64,000 nt of DNA from Octopus sinensis (taxonomy: Eukaryota). Below, in pieces: positions 1 through 12,639 of this stretch. The notes beneath the pieces were generated by a model. The model searched no databases. It had not been told where the DNA came from and worked only from the letters and a program-made list of their open reading frames with translations. The stretch lies in the NCBI RefSeq assembly GCF_006345805.1, contig NW_021833121.1, positions 35,252 through 99,251 of the forward strand. The letters are read 5' to 3'. Made by a program: the position numbers and the translations under genes. Positions within the stretch are counted from its first letter, which is position 1. Every line of letters starts with the position of its first letter.

Positions 1-602
1 ACTTATACTTCACATGATTCCAGATCTTCCTGCAGCTCCTTGAGTGTGGTTTGTGCTCTATTACTAGCTGTCCTTGTAAGTTTTCTTGCCGTAAGCTCTG
101 CTAACTTACATGGGTGACTTGAACAGACTAGAGAGAAATTTCCAGTTACACATTAGCATACCAACTGAACTCAGTGGCACATTAAGCTGTGCAGAGATCT
201 TTCTGTACCCACTGCCACTCTTATGAAGGTCAACAATATGCTCATAAAGGTCTTAATTTGTTTATTTTTACCCAGAACTGATGTCAGAAATGATGCAATG
301 GCTATAAATATTCACAAACAAAACTTCCCAAATCTTCTAGAACACTATGGATATTTTGAGAAACAAAATCATTTTTATTCAAAATACATGAAAAATTATT
401 CAAGTGAGTTAAATGTGTTGTAAACTTTTGTTTTGAATTTCAACTTTTTCCATATTTCAACTTTTTTGTTCATTATTATGTAATTCTGATTGTTGCATTG
501 AATTTATTACAAAAACTTCATAAATGGTGGAAATTTCATTAACCTGCATTATATGTAAACTTGGATTTTTAACTGTGAATTGCAAACTTTAGCAGGTCAC
601 TG
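1..602 (-). mobile_element. Tc1-family DNA transposon, 5' part (left TIR plus N-terminal transposase remnant), cut by the window edge
   Basis: Minus strand begins TA|CAGTGACCTGCTAAAGTTTGCA at 602, inside a (TA)n tract. A minus frame near 250-130 reads DLYEHIVDLHKSGSGYRKISAQLNVPLSSVG, then RTASNRAQTTLKELQEDL after a frameshift, matching Tc1 paired-like HTH N-termini. Confidence 0.8.
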
Positions 603-718
603 TATATATATGTATGTGGGTATATCCATGTATGTAAATGTGTATGTATGTTTAGGTATACACATATGTATATCTGTCTGTCTGTCTATCTATCAATCTA
701 TCTATCTATACACACATA

Positions 719-750
<32 letters not shown>

Positions 751-754
751 AGTA

Positions 755-798
<44 letters not shown>

Positions 799-830
799 GT
801 GTGATGTGTGTGTGGGTGTGTGTGTGTGTA
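603..830. repeat. Compound (TA)n/(TCTA)n/(TG)n microsatellite
   Basis: Directly visible; explains the Y/I/V-rich ORFs at 580-971. Confidence 0.95.
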
Positions 831-1235
831 CCATTCTTCCCCATACACTCGTCTTTATCTCTTTCTTTATCTCTCTATAATATCTACATCTTAACTACTA
901 TACCACCATCAATAAACTATTATGCATCATATTTGCACACACTCAAATATATTGAATGTGTTTATTCATAATATGGTAGTAATGGTTTTTAAGGAATATC
1001 TGCATTTAAGAAAACACACACATCAGAGTTTGTCATAGGTTAACCTACATGTCGAAGTGTAACTTCCTTTTCAAAATTCTCCCAATTGACTGGTTTCAAA
1101 TATGGGGATTTTAATTAAAGTATTTTATTTCTGTAATTGAACTGATTGGGTGTGGAAACAGCTATAGGCAGGACTTTCTCTACATGAATTTGAATATCTT
1201 TGAATAAATAATGTCTGTATGTTAATATATATATA

Positions 1236-1412
1236 TTATCATCATCATCATTTAACGTCTGCTTTCTATGCTGGCATGGGTTAGATGATTGACTGGACGG
1301 ACGGCTGGCAAACCAGATGGCTGCACCAGACTCCAATCTGATCTGGCAGAGTTTCTAGAGCTGGATGCCCTTCCTAACGCCAACCATTCCGAGAGTGTAG
1401 TGGGTGAAAACA
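1236..1412 (-). mobile_element. 5'-truncated RTE LINE 3' end with (GAT)n tail
   Basis: catcatcatttaacgtc...ccatgctggcatgggttag...gctggatgcccttcctaacgccaacca matches the 3' terminus of the longer RTE copies (e.g. 3365, 21218). Confidence 0.8.
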
Positions 1413-2595
1413 CTTGCCCAAGCCACCTAGAGAGGGACTGAATATGGAACATGTGGTTGGGAAGCAAACTTCTCAACAACAGTTATTCTTGCACCTAATA
1501 TGTGTGTGTGTGTCTGTTTACATTTGTAGTTAAATAGAGTATTGTGTCCCACTATATCTCAAAGTTAGCAGTTCATCAAGCAGAGATCTATAAAATAAAT
1601 GTCACATTGAAATATGTACTGAGGTCAGTATGATCAATTAATTTTTGAAGGTGATAACCCATCATAGCGACAGTCAAAAGACTAAACCAAGTAAAATAAT
1701 GTTTAAAGACTTAATGGCTTCAAATTTAAGGCAATAGATTACTAACGACAAGATAATGAGTTCAAAACTTCGCATTGAACTTCCATTCAATACATAATAG
1801 AATATGTACATCTCAGTCTACTTGACTTCCAACAATTAACAATTGTAATTTGAAGTTGAATGGTTAGCAGTAAGAAAGATGTCCAGATTTCTTTAAAAAT
1901 TATGGTGCAAAATATTCCAAGAAAAGTATTTTTCACCACAACAAAACAACACACACAGTGGGTGTCTGTGATAACTTGAGCTGCTACAAATAGCAGCCAA
2001 ATCTCTCTTAAAACAACCTTATCAAAAGATTACAGTGTTTCAGGAAGTAAAAAAGAAAAAAAAATGCGATGGGTCTGCTACATCAGAGGCAACTCTGGAC
2101 TAAACAAACCACAGATAGACATACTTCACATTAAAAGATTACCTACTCTAATAATACTAATAAAGTCGATGGTATATCTTCAAAGTTTCATTCCCTTGTA
2201 TAACTCCATGTATGTTAAACATTTTCTCATTATGTCCTAAGACATAGATTGTTCTGGCAGCGTTACCTCCCTTAGCTAAAGACTTCCCAATTGTGCAACC
2301 CGACCTTGTTTTCAAGGTTATTTTTGTAGTAAGAAATAGTACTTGTGCAAAAAACGTACTTTATTTGTAACCGAAAGATTATTGAGTTTTTTGATACCGC
2401 ACACATCAAAATCATCAACTCAGTTTTCAAATTCATATGGAATATATGCACACACACACTCGCACACACAAACTCTGTTTTATATATTAAGATATATATA
2501 TAATGTACTGTTCCATGATTGAAAGTTCAACAAAAAAGTACTCCATCAGGTGAGAAATAAATATCATTATTTAAAGAACACAATGCATATATTAA

Positions 2596-2649
2596 GCACA
2601 ACTAATAGTTTCATATGTTGAGAAATATTCAGACATATTCTTCAGGTGC
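2596..2649 (-). ncRNA. Type I hammerhead ribozyme motif
   Basis: Minus strand: gcac CTGAAGA atatg...catat GAAA ctattag TT^ gtgc. Stem I gcac/gtgc, stem II base atatg/catat, near-palindromic stem III ACTATTAGT, GUU triplet. Confidence 0.6.
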
Positions 2650-3051
2650 AAACTACATATCATAATGAACCAAAAGGAAATGAATAATAACAGAAACATG
2701 AAAAAACTGAAAAGGCAGCATACAGAAAATGCAAAAAGTGGAAAATGAAAAACAGAAAACACAAAAACTAAAATGTTAAAAATAAGAAGTGGTTGCAAGC
2801 ATAGATAAAGCGATATTTTGAAGAATTAGAAATTCTGCATATTCCTGACTAACTTGATGTTTTTCCAACCTTATCACTGAAGGTCTAAAGAGGATAGCTC
2901 TTTCACCTTTTCACTTTTTACATTTCATATTTCTTTAGCTTTTGTGTTTGCGTTTTTGTATTTTTCATTTTTTTTTCTGTGTTTTCTATTTACAGCCTTC
3001 TCAGTTTTTATGTGTTTCTTCGATTATTCAATGTTTTTTAGCATGTGGTTT

Positions 3052-3104
3052 GTACCTGAAGAGTATGCTTGAGTATTTCTCAACATATGAAATTATTATA
3101 GCAC
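3052..3104 (+). ncRNA. Type I hammerhead ribozyme motif (second, inverted copy)
   Basis: Plus strand: gtac CTGAAGA gtatgcttgag tattt ctcaacatat GAAA ttattaTA^ gcac. Stem II pairs over about 10 bp; stem I has one mismatch. Confidence 0.55.
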
Positions 3105-3364
3105 TGCAATACATATATGGTGCACTTTAAATAAAAAAAATCTATCTATTTATCTACACACACACACACACACACAAACACACAACACACATATGATTAT
3201 CAAATAGTGTAGCTAGGAACTTGGATATGTTCTTGGTAAATCAGCTGAAACATGTGTCAGATATTTTATCTATTTATTAATGTCTATATCTTATGAATTT
3301 TATAGATATGAGAATAAATAAATAATTAATATTCCAATTTTCAATTGTTAACTTTATTTATATA

Positions 3365-5865
3365 TATCATCCTCATCGTTTCATGTCTATTTTCCATGCT
3401 AGCATGGGTTGGACGGTTCGACTGGGGTCTGGGAAGTTAGGAGGCTGCACCAGGCCTGAATCTGATCTGGTAGTGTTTCTACAGCTGGATGCCCTTCCTA
3501 ACACCAACCACTCTGAGATTGTAGTGGGTGCTTTTTATGTGCCACCGGCACAGGGGCTAGAGGAGCTGGTATCGAACATGATCGAATGGTGCTTTTTACA
3601 TGCCACCAGCACAGAAGCCAGTCAAAGCGGCACTGGCATCGGCAATGTTTGGATGGTGCTTTTTATGTGATACCGGCACGAGGTACACAACTACAATTTC
3701 CATTTGACTTGATTTTGATATTGCTGTTGATGTTGATGTACTTGACTCAATAGGTCTCCTCAGGCATGGTGTGTTGCCCTACAATCCAAGATACTTTTGA
3801 GTGGGCTGATTATGCGACACTGGTGTAGGTTACAGCTGTGGACTCACTTTATTTGCCGGGTCTTCTCAGTCACAGCATACCACCAGAGGTCTCAGTCTGT
3901 GAGGCCCAACGTTCGATGATCATGCTTCACCACCTCATCCCATGTCTTCCTGGGTCTCTCTCTACTCTGGATTCCTTCCACTGTTTGGGAGTGGCACTTC
4001 ACACAGCTATTCTTGTCCATCCATAGTGCATGACCATACCAATGCAAACGTCTCTCTTGCATGCACATCCGATGCTTCTTATATCTAACATATCTCTCAG
4101 GGTGCTTACACTGTCCTGCGTGCACACTGACATTACACATCCAGTGGATCATGCTAGCTTCATTTCTTTCAAGCCTATGTATGTCTTCAGCAGTCACAGC
4201 ACATGTTTACTGCCATGAAACATGTCATGTTGCACACATGCATCGTACAATCTACCTTTCACTCTGAGTGAGAGGCCCTTTGTCACCAGTAGGAGTAGAA
4301 GCTTTCTGAACTTTGCCCAGGCTATTCTTATTCTAGTGGTAACATTCTCTATGCATCCACTCCCCACTACAACTTGATCACCTAGGTAGCAGAAGCTATT
4401 AACTACTTCTAATTTCTCCCCTTGGCATGTGAAAGCTATCTTCCTGGTTAATCTCCCTTTGATTTTGCTACACTCCTTATGTGTCCATAGCTTACACTGG
4501 GTACATCTTATGAAGTTTCTACCTACACCTTTTCTACAGATCAAGCAGGGCCACCTACCAGAGGGGGTGTGTGATGTGGTCGCCTTCCTACATACTAGGA
4601 TTTTGGTCTTTACAGCTATGAGGGCCAGGTCATTAGCATAGAGGAGTTCCCAGGGGCAACCTGTCTTGAATTCCTCTGTTATTGCCTGGAGGACTATGAT
4701 GAATAAGAGGGAGCTGAGGGCTGATCCTTGGTGAGCTCCCACTTCTACCCAGAATTCTTCATTATACTCATTTCCAATCCTAACCCTACTAACGGCACCT
4801 CTGTATAGGGTCTGTACAGCCCTTATTAACTATCTGTCAATCTCCAGTTTCTACATTGCCCACCAGATAAGGGATTGGGGACCCTGTCAAAGGCTTTCTC
4901 CAACTTCACAAAAGCCAAATATATCTTGGCTATGTACTTCTCCTGCAGTTGCTGTACCAGGAATATAGCATCAGTGGTGCATCTACCCAGAACAAAACCG
5001 AACTGCATCTCATTTAACCAGACTCTCTCTCTAATTAGTTGGGCTATGACCCTCTCTATGACCTTCATCACCTGATCCTGCAGTTTGATACCCCTGTAGT
5101 TATTTCTATCAAAAGCATCACCTTTACCTTTGCAGAAGTTGACTATGGTGCTGTTGCACCAGTCATTGGGTATGACTCCATCATGAACCACCTGGCTTAC
5201 AATACGAGTGATGAGGCCATAGTCCACACCACAAGATGTTTTAAGCATCTCAGCAGTGATTCCTGATTGGCAAGGGGATTTTCCTAGCTTCATATCCTTA
5301 ATTGCTTTATCTACCAGGATGCTGTCTATTTCGATAGCTGGTCCCTCTACTGGATCAACATTTGGCAGGCTCTTCTCTCATTCATTCCCCACATTCAGCA
5401 GTCTTCCATAATGGCTTCTCCAAGCCTCTTTCTTTTCTGAATCATTAAAAGCAAGTGCACCATCATCCATATGGACACATTTCTCTCCTGTGACATCACA
5501 ATTTTCTCTTACACACTGATTTGCAAACTGAAATACCTCAGTTCTTTGGTCCTCACATGCCTGGACATGGGAAAACTTCTTTTCTGCTTCTCCCTTGTCT
5601 AAGTCTAACTGTCGCCAGCCTCCCTTTTGGCTATCTGCTACCACCACTCTTCCAGGCTTTCCAAGCTTGTTTCTTTGTTCTCATGCCCTTGTCTACCGTA
5701 TTATTCCACCACCACAAAACTCTAGGTCTGGAAAGGACTTGCACTGTCTGCAAACTTGGTCTGAGGCACTCAGTAAGCTGTCCTGTAAGAATTTCCAGCT
5801 ACCTCCTAAGTCTGAGGACTGTAGATCCGCCTTCATCTCATCAAATTTCTTGATGAGGATGTCCC
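3365..5865 (-). mobile_element. RTE-type LINE, 5'-truncated and degenerate (RT, C-terminus, 3' UTR, (GAT)n tail)
   Basis: ORF fragments 4826-5293 (KGKGDAFDRNNYRGIKL; TTDAIFLVQQLQEKY), 4194-4742 (HQGSALSSLLFIIV; LLYAND) and 3892-4197 (RRLHWYGH; RPRKTWDEVV). Confidence 0.9.
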
Positions 5866-6229
5866 TAGGTGAGATATATATATGTATATGTAAGTATTAT
5901 ATATCATCATTATCAACATCAAAATTTAACATCTGTCTTCCATGTGTGCGATGGTTTGACAGGAGCTGGTAAGCCAGAGGACTGCACCAACCTCCATTGT
6001 CTGCTTTGGCATGGTTATTGCATCTTGATGACCTACCTAATACACCTTCTCCTCAACTTATAACCTATGTGACTTATGACAATCTGCACTTATAACCACA
6101 AAAAATAAATAAAATACAAAATCAAGTTTTGGACTTTGGGCAGTTGTGCATATGATAACCATGGCAGCATCTCTGATAATACAGGTCTCCCTCAAACCCA
6201 GGCATCCACTGCCTGTCACTGTCTCTCAC

Positions 6230-6440
6230 TCAGTTGCAGAGATTGAATTGGAAGCACACAGAGCAGCAGAAGAAAAAGTGAGAAAGAAGACGATGAACCA
6301 GAAAAGAAATTCACAGTGAAGTGTTTATTGATTCCTTTTCGCAATTGAATAAAACTCTTACCAGTTTCAAAGCAATGGATCCAAATGTTGACCACTTTGC
6401 AAAAGTTGAATATATCATTCAACATACTGTGTATTTTTTA
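6230..6440 (+). mobile_element. pogo/Tigger-like transposase C-terminal fragment
   Basis: Plus frames read ELEAHRAAEEK, EPEKKFTVKCL and SQLNKTLTSFKAMDPNVDHFAKVE, resembling the Tigger1 transposase C-terminus as I recall it. Confidence 0.6.
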
Positions 6441-6449
6441 TCATCCCTC

Positions 6450-7240
6450 ATGTTCTGACCATCACTACCCACTCTCTCTCTCTCTCTCTCTGTCTCACTC
6501 TGTCTCTCTCTCTCTCTGTCTCACTCTGTCTCTCTCTCTCAGCCTCACTCTGTCTTTTTCTCTCTCTCTCTTTCGATTACCACTCGCCTTGCCAAGACTT
6601 CCTCCACCACCATCCTATATAAACTAGCGCATGCACTCTGACTCCCCTTCTCGATTTAAATATCTCAGCTGAAAATTACGAATCCTTGATGATGCTCAGA
6701 TAAGAAGTTTTGTCTTTTCAAACCTGTCATCTACTCTTCTATTTCTGCACATATCATAAACCCTTATTAGTTCTTTTCATTATTCCTTCTATTTCAGTAC
6801 CATGTCATCATGTAATATAGTTTCAATAGTTTCGTCTTCCTTGTTGTTGCCTTAAGATAACCTTAGTTCACGCATTTCCTTAACTGCAACATATTCTTTC
6901 ATTCATCTATTAAAGTTTATCACACAGTCACTTATTTCCCTAATTTTGTCTTAGATTGGCTCTCAGATTCTCCAATTCTTTTTACTATTATCAACATTTG
7001 CTGTCTCGTTAAATTTAACTATGCCACACGAATCCTGAAAGAATAATTTTCTCCCTTGTGTTCTGACCACCTCTCTCTCTTGGCCTCACTCTGTCTGAGT
7101 GTCTCTCTCTCTTTTGTTTACCACTCGCCTTACCAAGACTTCCTCCACCACCACCACCACCACCACCCTATATAAACTAGTGCACACACTCGGATTCCCC
7201 TACTCAATTTTTAATACCCCCGCCGAAAGAATACGTATCC
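6450..7240 (+). repeat. Two dispersed direct repeats of about 200 bp (6450-6690, 7059-7240)
   Basis: Both read tgttctgacca...(ct)n...ttaccactcgcctt(g/a)ccaagacttcctccaccacca...cctatataaactag(c/t)gca. Confidence 0.8.
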
Positions 7241-7464
7241 AGAAGATGTTCTTGTGCAAATTTGCTAGTTTGTGGTACGACCACCCTTCCACCTCCTCCA
7301 CCTGTACTAGAAGTTCCTATTCTTTGTCATCTTTTGGTTGTCTCCCATGAACACTTCTAAAGGCTTTACGCCATTCCCACCCCTACTATGATAGTGCAAA
7401 AATATGATAGTGTAGTTTATGCAGGTTGAACTTAAGGCTATTGTTTTATGAATTCTGCCAATTG

Positions 7465-9790
7465 CAAGCTCTCTTTTCAGGTACATGACGCTGCTGTCCC
7501 CAGTCCCAGGGTCTCAAGGACCCATACGTCCCACACCCTCAGGGTTGGCACTCTCAACATCGGCGCACTGAAAGGTAGGTCTGGTGAGATTGTTGAGATA
7601 CTATGTGCTGCATCCAAGAAGTAAGGTGGAGAGGAGATTCCGCTAGGTTCCTCACAGGCAAAGAACACAAGTACAATATTTTTCTGGGCAGGGAACACTG
7701 ACGGAGTCAGGGGCGTGGGTATACTTCTTGTGGAGAAATCGGTGGATAAGGTAATTGAGGTAGTCAGAGTATGCGACAGAATACTTCAGATTAAATTAGT
7801 GCTTCATCATGGGTTAGCAACCATTATCTCGGCCTATGCCCCTCGATGGACGGAAAGACTGATTCTATGACACCCTCTTGCAGACTACCTTGTTGATGAA
7901 TGATAGGGACCTTCTCTGTGGCTGGTGTGACTTCAATGGACATGTTGGACAACATACAGGGGGCTTCCATGGCGTACATGATCTTATGGTTTGCAATACT
8001 AACCTCAGAAAACCTGCCAGTCACCTAGTCACCTACAGTTCTGGAAGACACACTAGCCAAATTGATAACATCCTCACCAGATAAAGGGAAAGATGGCTGC
8101 TTATAAATGTCAAAACCTTCACAGGCAAAGAAGGTACCCCACAACATAGACTGGTAGTTAGTGACTTCAGGATCAGGGCTAAGTGGATGTCCAGAAGATG
8201 ACCGGCATGAAGGTGAAGGGTCTGGCAGCTTAAAGATCCTACAACATTACAGAATAAGTGAGAGAAGGAGAGTCTACCTCATGTCGACCCAACACAGATA
8301 AGCTATCTGAATCAATAGTAGCCTGGTAGATAAAGAATTTAATGATATGGAGACAAGGAAAGCCTCTAGCCCATCAGGAATCACTGCCAAGATGTTTAAA
8401 ACATCTAGTAGAGTGGGGTATGACCTAGTCACCTGTATAGATAATCAGGTTGTCCACAAGGAAGTCATGCCACCCAAAGACTGGTGTCGTAACATTATAG
8501 TCAACTGCTAGAAAGGTAAGGGTGACACCTTAGACAGAAATAATTAGAGAAGTATTAAATTGCTGGGCCAGGTGATGAATGTTACAAGAAGGGTCATAAT
8601 TAATCAGGAAAAGAGTTAGCTTAGATGTGATGCAGTTCAGTTTTGTGCCAGGAAAAAGCCTTACCAATACTATCTTCCTGGAGAGGCAACTTCAGAAATA
8701 TTTAGCTGAAAATAAACTTTTGTACTTGGCTTTTGTTGACATGGAGAAAAACTTGGACAGGGTCTCCTGCTCCCTTATCTGGTAGTCAATGTGGAAGCTA
8801 AAGATAAATGAGTGGTCGTTGTGAAAGCCATGTACAAGGACACTGATAGTAAGGTGAGAGTTAGCAAAGAATATAGCAAGGAATTTAGGGTAAAGGTAGG
8901 AGTTCGCCAAGGAATGGTACACAACCTCCTCTTGTGTATCATAGTCTTCTAGACCATAACAAAGAAACTGAAAACTGGCTGCCCTTTGGTGTTCTTCTGC
9001 AATGATGATCTTGTTCTTACTGTTGAATCACTACAGAATTAGGGAAGAAATTTCAGGTGTGGAAGCAAAGGGCCTTAGAGTTAATTTAGCAATAGCCAAG
9101 GTCTTGGTAAATTGGAAAACGCACTAATCCCTTTAGGGCGATAGTCCTACTCAATATGAAGGAAAGTTGTTGATAGAAACTCCATATGGGATGCCCAGTG
9201 ATAGCTATGGACACATAAGAGGTGCAGCAATATTACAGGAAGATTAACAGAGAAAGTAGTCTTTGTGTGTGGTAAATGTGCGGGTACAGAAAACAGACTC
9301 TCTCAAATGTTAGAAGGGTCTGTAGAAGTAATAGATAGTTTCTGTTACCTAGGAAGCTCTGAAGGCATAGGTGTTAGAATAAGAACAGACTGGGCAATAT
9401 CCAGAGAGCTGCTACCCTTGTTGGTAAAAAAGAGCTATGCTACATGGCAGTGAAATATGAGTTATGACTACAGAGAACATGCAAAGACTTGAAAGAAATG
9501 AAGTCAGCCTATTCCACCGGATGGGTAATGTTAGGGTGCATATATGACAGAGTGTAAATGATTTATGAGAAAATCTAGGTATAAAAGTATTGAAGAGAGA
9601 AGAATAGTATGGAAGAGAGAAGGCTGCACTGTAATGGATGAGGACAGCTGCATAAAGAAGTTCTAATCTCTGTCTGTGCAGGAAACCTATAAAAGGGGTA
9701 AGACCAGAAAGACAAGGGACAAGCTGGTGAGAAATGATCTACAGAGGTAGACACTCTTTGAGAAGATAACAAAGGAGCAAGACTTCTAGT
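7465..9790 (+). mobile_element. RTE-type LINE, heavily degenerate (endonuclease through RT end)
   Basis: Endonuclease start VGTLNIGALKGRSGEIVE near 7545; GDFNGHVG and TYSSGRHTSQIDNIL (7878-8084); RT motifs at 8600-9000; many stops. Confidence 0.85.
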
Positions 9791-10249
9791 GGTTTGTTGT
9801 GCTTGAGGAGACACATCAAGCTAAATAACATAATGGTCATCTATATATACAGGCATACCTTTTACAACCATACTCAACCTTCACATACACACATAATTCT
9901 ATCCTCTGACAAAAACCACCCACAATCCACCTCCCTAACAACCCCACCATCTGCTGCAGGCCTCTCCAGTTCTTCTCACCATTACTTGTTATACCCTTAA
10001 ATATCACCCCTCACCATTATTCTCTTTGGATAGGTTCCCTCTCTCTCTCTCTCTGACTGTCTATATCTTTCTCTCTTCTACTCCCACTTCCCTCCCCTTT
10101 ATTGTCCTACTGGGTTACCAAGTATCATCTCTGTTGTAAGACAGCTATCCCAGTCCCAATGTCATACTTCCACTTATCACCTGGCACATGGCCACTTCTC
10201 TTCATACCTCTCCTTCTCTCAACTGAGATGGTCTTGTCTTGCAAGCTAC

Positions 10250-10525
10250 TTGGCAATGCTATAGATGTTGGTGCCACATGAAAAGCATCTGCGCTAGAAC
10301 TATGAATAAAGCACCCATGCTGGCACCACATAAAAAAAAACCCATGCTGAAACCAAATTAAAAGCTCCTAGTACATTTTGTAAAGTGATTGGCATTATGA
10401 AGGGCATCCAACTGTAGAAACTATGCCAAAATAGAAGACGGGAGCCTGGTGTAGCCCTCTGATTTACCAGCTCTTGTTAAACATGGAAAACATATATCAA
10501 GTAATGATGGTGATGTTGATAATGA
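10250..10525 (+). mobile_element. RTE LINE 3'-end fragment
   Basis: aagggcatccaactgtagaaac...catggaaaac followed by a tgatg-type tail. Confidence 0.65.
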
Positions 10526-11791
10526 TGTAGCAGGTAACAACTTCAGACTTGGAGAGTTAAAAGGACTTGGAGACACAAACCAATCTGGAAAATATCCAGT
10601 TTAAGAGCAATTTCTTCTTGATCATGGAATAGAGTAAATAAATTTTCATCCTCATTTCTAAGCAGATGGAATGTTTTCTTTAATGCAAAAAATACCTAAG
10701 TAAACCCTACTCTTCACCAGGGTGGGTGAGTGTAAATATAAACCCCTTTCCCCCATCCTCTGTTATTTCTTTAAAAGTTTTCTCAAAATCTTAAAAGTTG
10801 TGATAATGAAAGTTTGTGATTTTCAATTTTTATTATTGTAACACATTTTTGGAGCTTTTCTATATTCATGCATGCATTCTTTAAATTTTGGAGGTCTGCC
10901 ATCATATTCCAACCCTTTCAAATTTTGTTTTTTGGTATGGAAATTGCATCCATGTGTATGCAGCCTATTAATGCTTTAAGTGCATTTTCTTTTTAGTGAT
11001 TTGATACTAAGTTATATGCATATTTTTAAGTGCCATGCAATATTTTTAGGCTAATTAAGAAATCACACACACAAAGTAGCAGATTCACTGACCAGTTTTG
11101 GTATTTTCAGAAGGTATTCTAGAAATGCTAATGTCAGCAAAATTTATGACATCACAGCAGCCAATTCAATACAAAAACTAAAAGAACTTGTGTTGGCCTT
11201 CCATTGTGAAATTTCAAGCTTATATCAAATTCTATCCCACTTTCTCTTTCCTTATGTGGTTGAATGATTGAAATTTCTTTATTTTCAATATCGATAGGCA
11301 AATAACTTCAAACTGCTACCAAACCTAACTTCTCTGTCTTGCTCTATGAAAATATACATTTATTTCAGATCTTGGATAATGAATATTTCATCTCTCTACT
11401 GACTAACAAATTAATTTCAAATTAGATTGGTAAATTTCATGGTGGAATATTCTATCATGCAATATCAACTGAATCCATTTCTAATACCCACTCACTACTC
11501 ACCATCACTTCTGCAAAAGCGACTCAAGCATATGCATAAACGCATTGTTTATATCTTTTATTACATTTTTTTGACCCATGAGCATGTACACAGAAGTATG
11601 GAACATATTTGTAATGAATGTGCATACACTTTAATGAAGGCTTTCCGGCACTGAAGGAAATTAAAACTGCAATTGTAACATCATTTTTTACACTAAACAC
11701 AAGGACCTGCAGCCTCTAGGCATGTGACACCCAAAATTTTTCTATTTCATTAACTGAAAGCATTCTTCAAAACTCCTTAGTTCTACAGAGA

Positions 11792-12623
11792 CAGGTCTGA
11801 TCAATAAGTATCCGGACTGTTGCCATAGTAACAAAGCTACAGCATGCAGAGTGAAACTGCTAGGCACCTTTAACTCCACTGTGCATGTGCACTAAGTTTT
11901 GATGTTCTAGCTCACTTCTACTGTTTACAGTAGTGTTTGGAAGTAATGTGTGTAGTATATGTTCATCACATCGGCCTGCTCAGAAGCCTATTCAATTTTC
12001 AGAGGCCTATGCAAAATTTTAAAGAAGTTTTCATCATTCTCGACACAAACAAGGTGATTTTATGCAACTAAAATCTCGGTGTCCTTTTGATTAGCTGAAA
12101 GCAGTTTTGGCACAAACTTGGTAGATATGCGTCTCATACCCAAATCTTCAGTAATAATGGACTGTACTGAACCATAATTAATCTGTACATCTGATAACTC
12201 ATGGATGGTGATTTGACAATTTCCCCTCACAGCTGCATGCCCATCTGCGATGTTTTTCTCAGTTCTGCTGGTTGCAGGTGTCCCAGAACATTCATCATTA
12301 TCGACATTTTTTGGGCCATCTTGGATATGTCTGAACCACTTGTATACTTGTGTGCGGATCATACACTCCTCTCCATACACTTTCTGCAGCTTTGCATAGG
12401 CTTCTGAGTAGGTATCGCCATGGCATCTTTCTCTGTTATGGTCAATGCGACGATCACACATTACTTTGAAGCACTGCTGTAAACAGCAGATGTAAGCTAT
12501 AATGTTAAAACTTAGTGTAAATGCACAACAGAGGCCAAGGTCTGTCTGTGCCAAGCACTTCACTCTGCATGCTTTAGCTTTGTTACTATGGCAAAAGTCG
12601 GGATACTTATTGATCAGACCTCA
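11792..12623 (-). mobile_element. mariner-family deletion derivative with extended inverted ends
   Basis: Ends (c/t)(a/g)aggtctgatcaataagtatc, right end followed by TA. ORF 12060-12563 encodes a mariner N-terminus (AYAKLQKVYGEECMIRTQVYKWF; DDECSGTP; TKFVPKLLS). Confidence 0.85.
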
Positions 12624-12639
12624 TATGTTGTGTCCAAGA

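Larger units (their letters stand above)
2581..3125. mobile_element. AT-rich fold-back element (about 200-bp imperfect inverted arms) with a hammerhead motif in each arm; probably PLE-derived
   Basis: 2585-2780 is a diverged reverse complement of 2925-3115 (e.g. tttcatatgttgagaaatattc vs gagtatttctcaacatatgaaa). The spacer has a plus frame FEELEILHI, resembling a PLE endonuclease C-terminus (weak). Confidence 0.65.

Noticed and set aside
276-403. Apparent plus-strand exon (cccag|...caa|gtgagt) within ORF 223-423
   Set aside because: It overlaps the antisense of the Tc1 5' region and transposase start, and the peptide has no recognisable family.
580-971. Low-complexity ORFs here and at 28510, 32479, 44908, 45875 and 52513
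   Set aside because: These are translations of (TA)n, (CA)n, (AG)n and (AAT)n microsatellites.
11503-11650. Minus-strand segment with a strong acceptor (ttccttcag) and donor (gtgagt) as the next exon of the Ig gene
   Set aside because: All three frames contain stops; it could only be non-coding.
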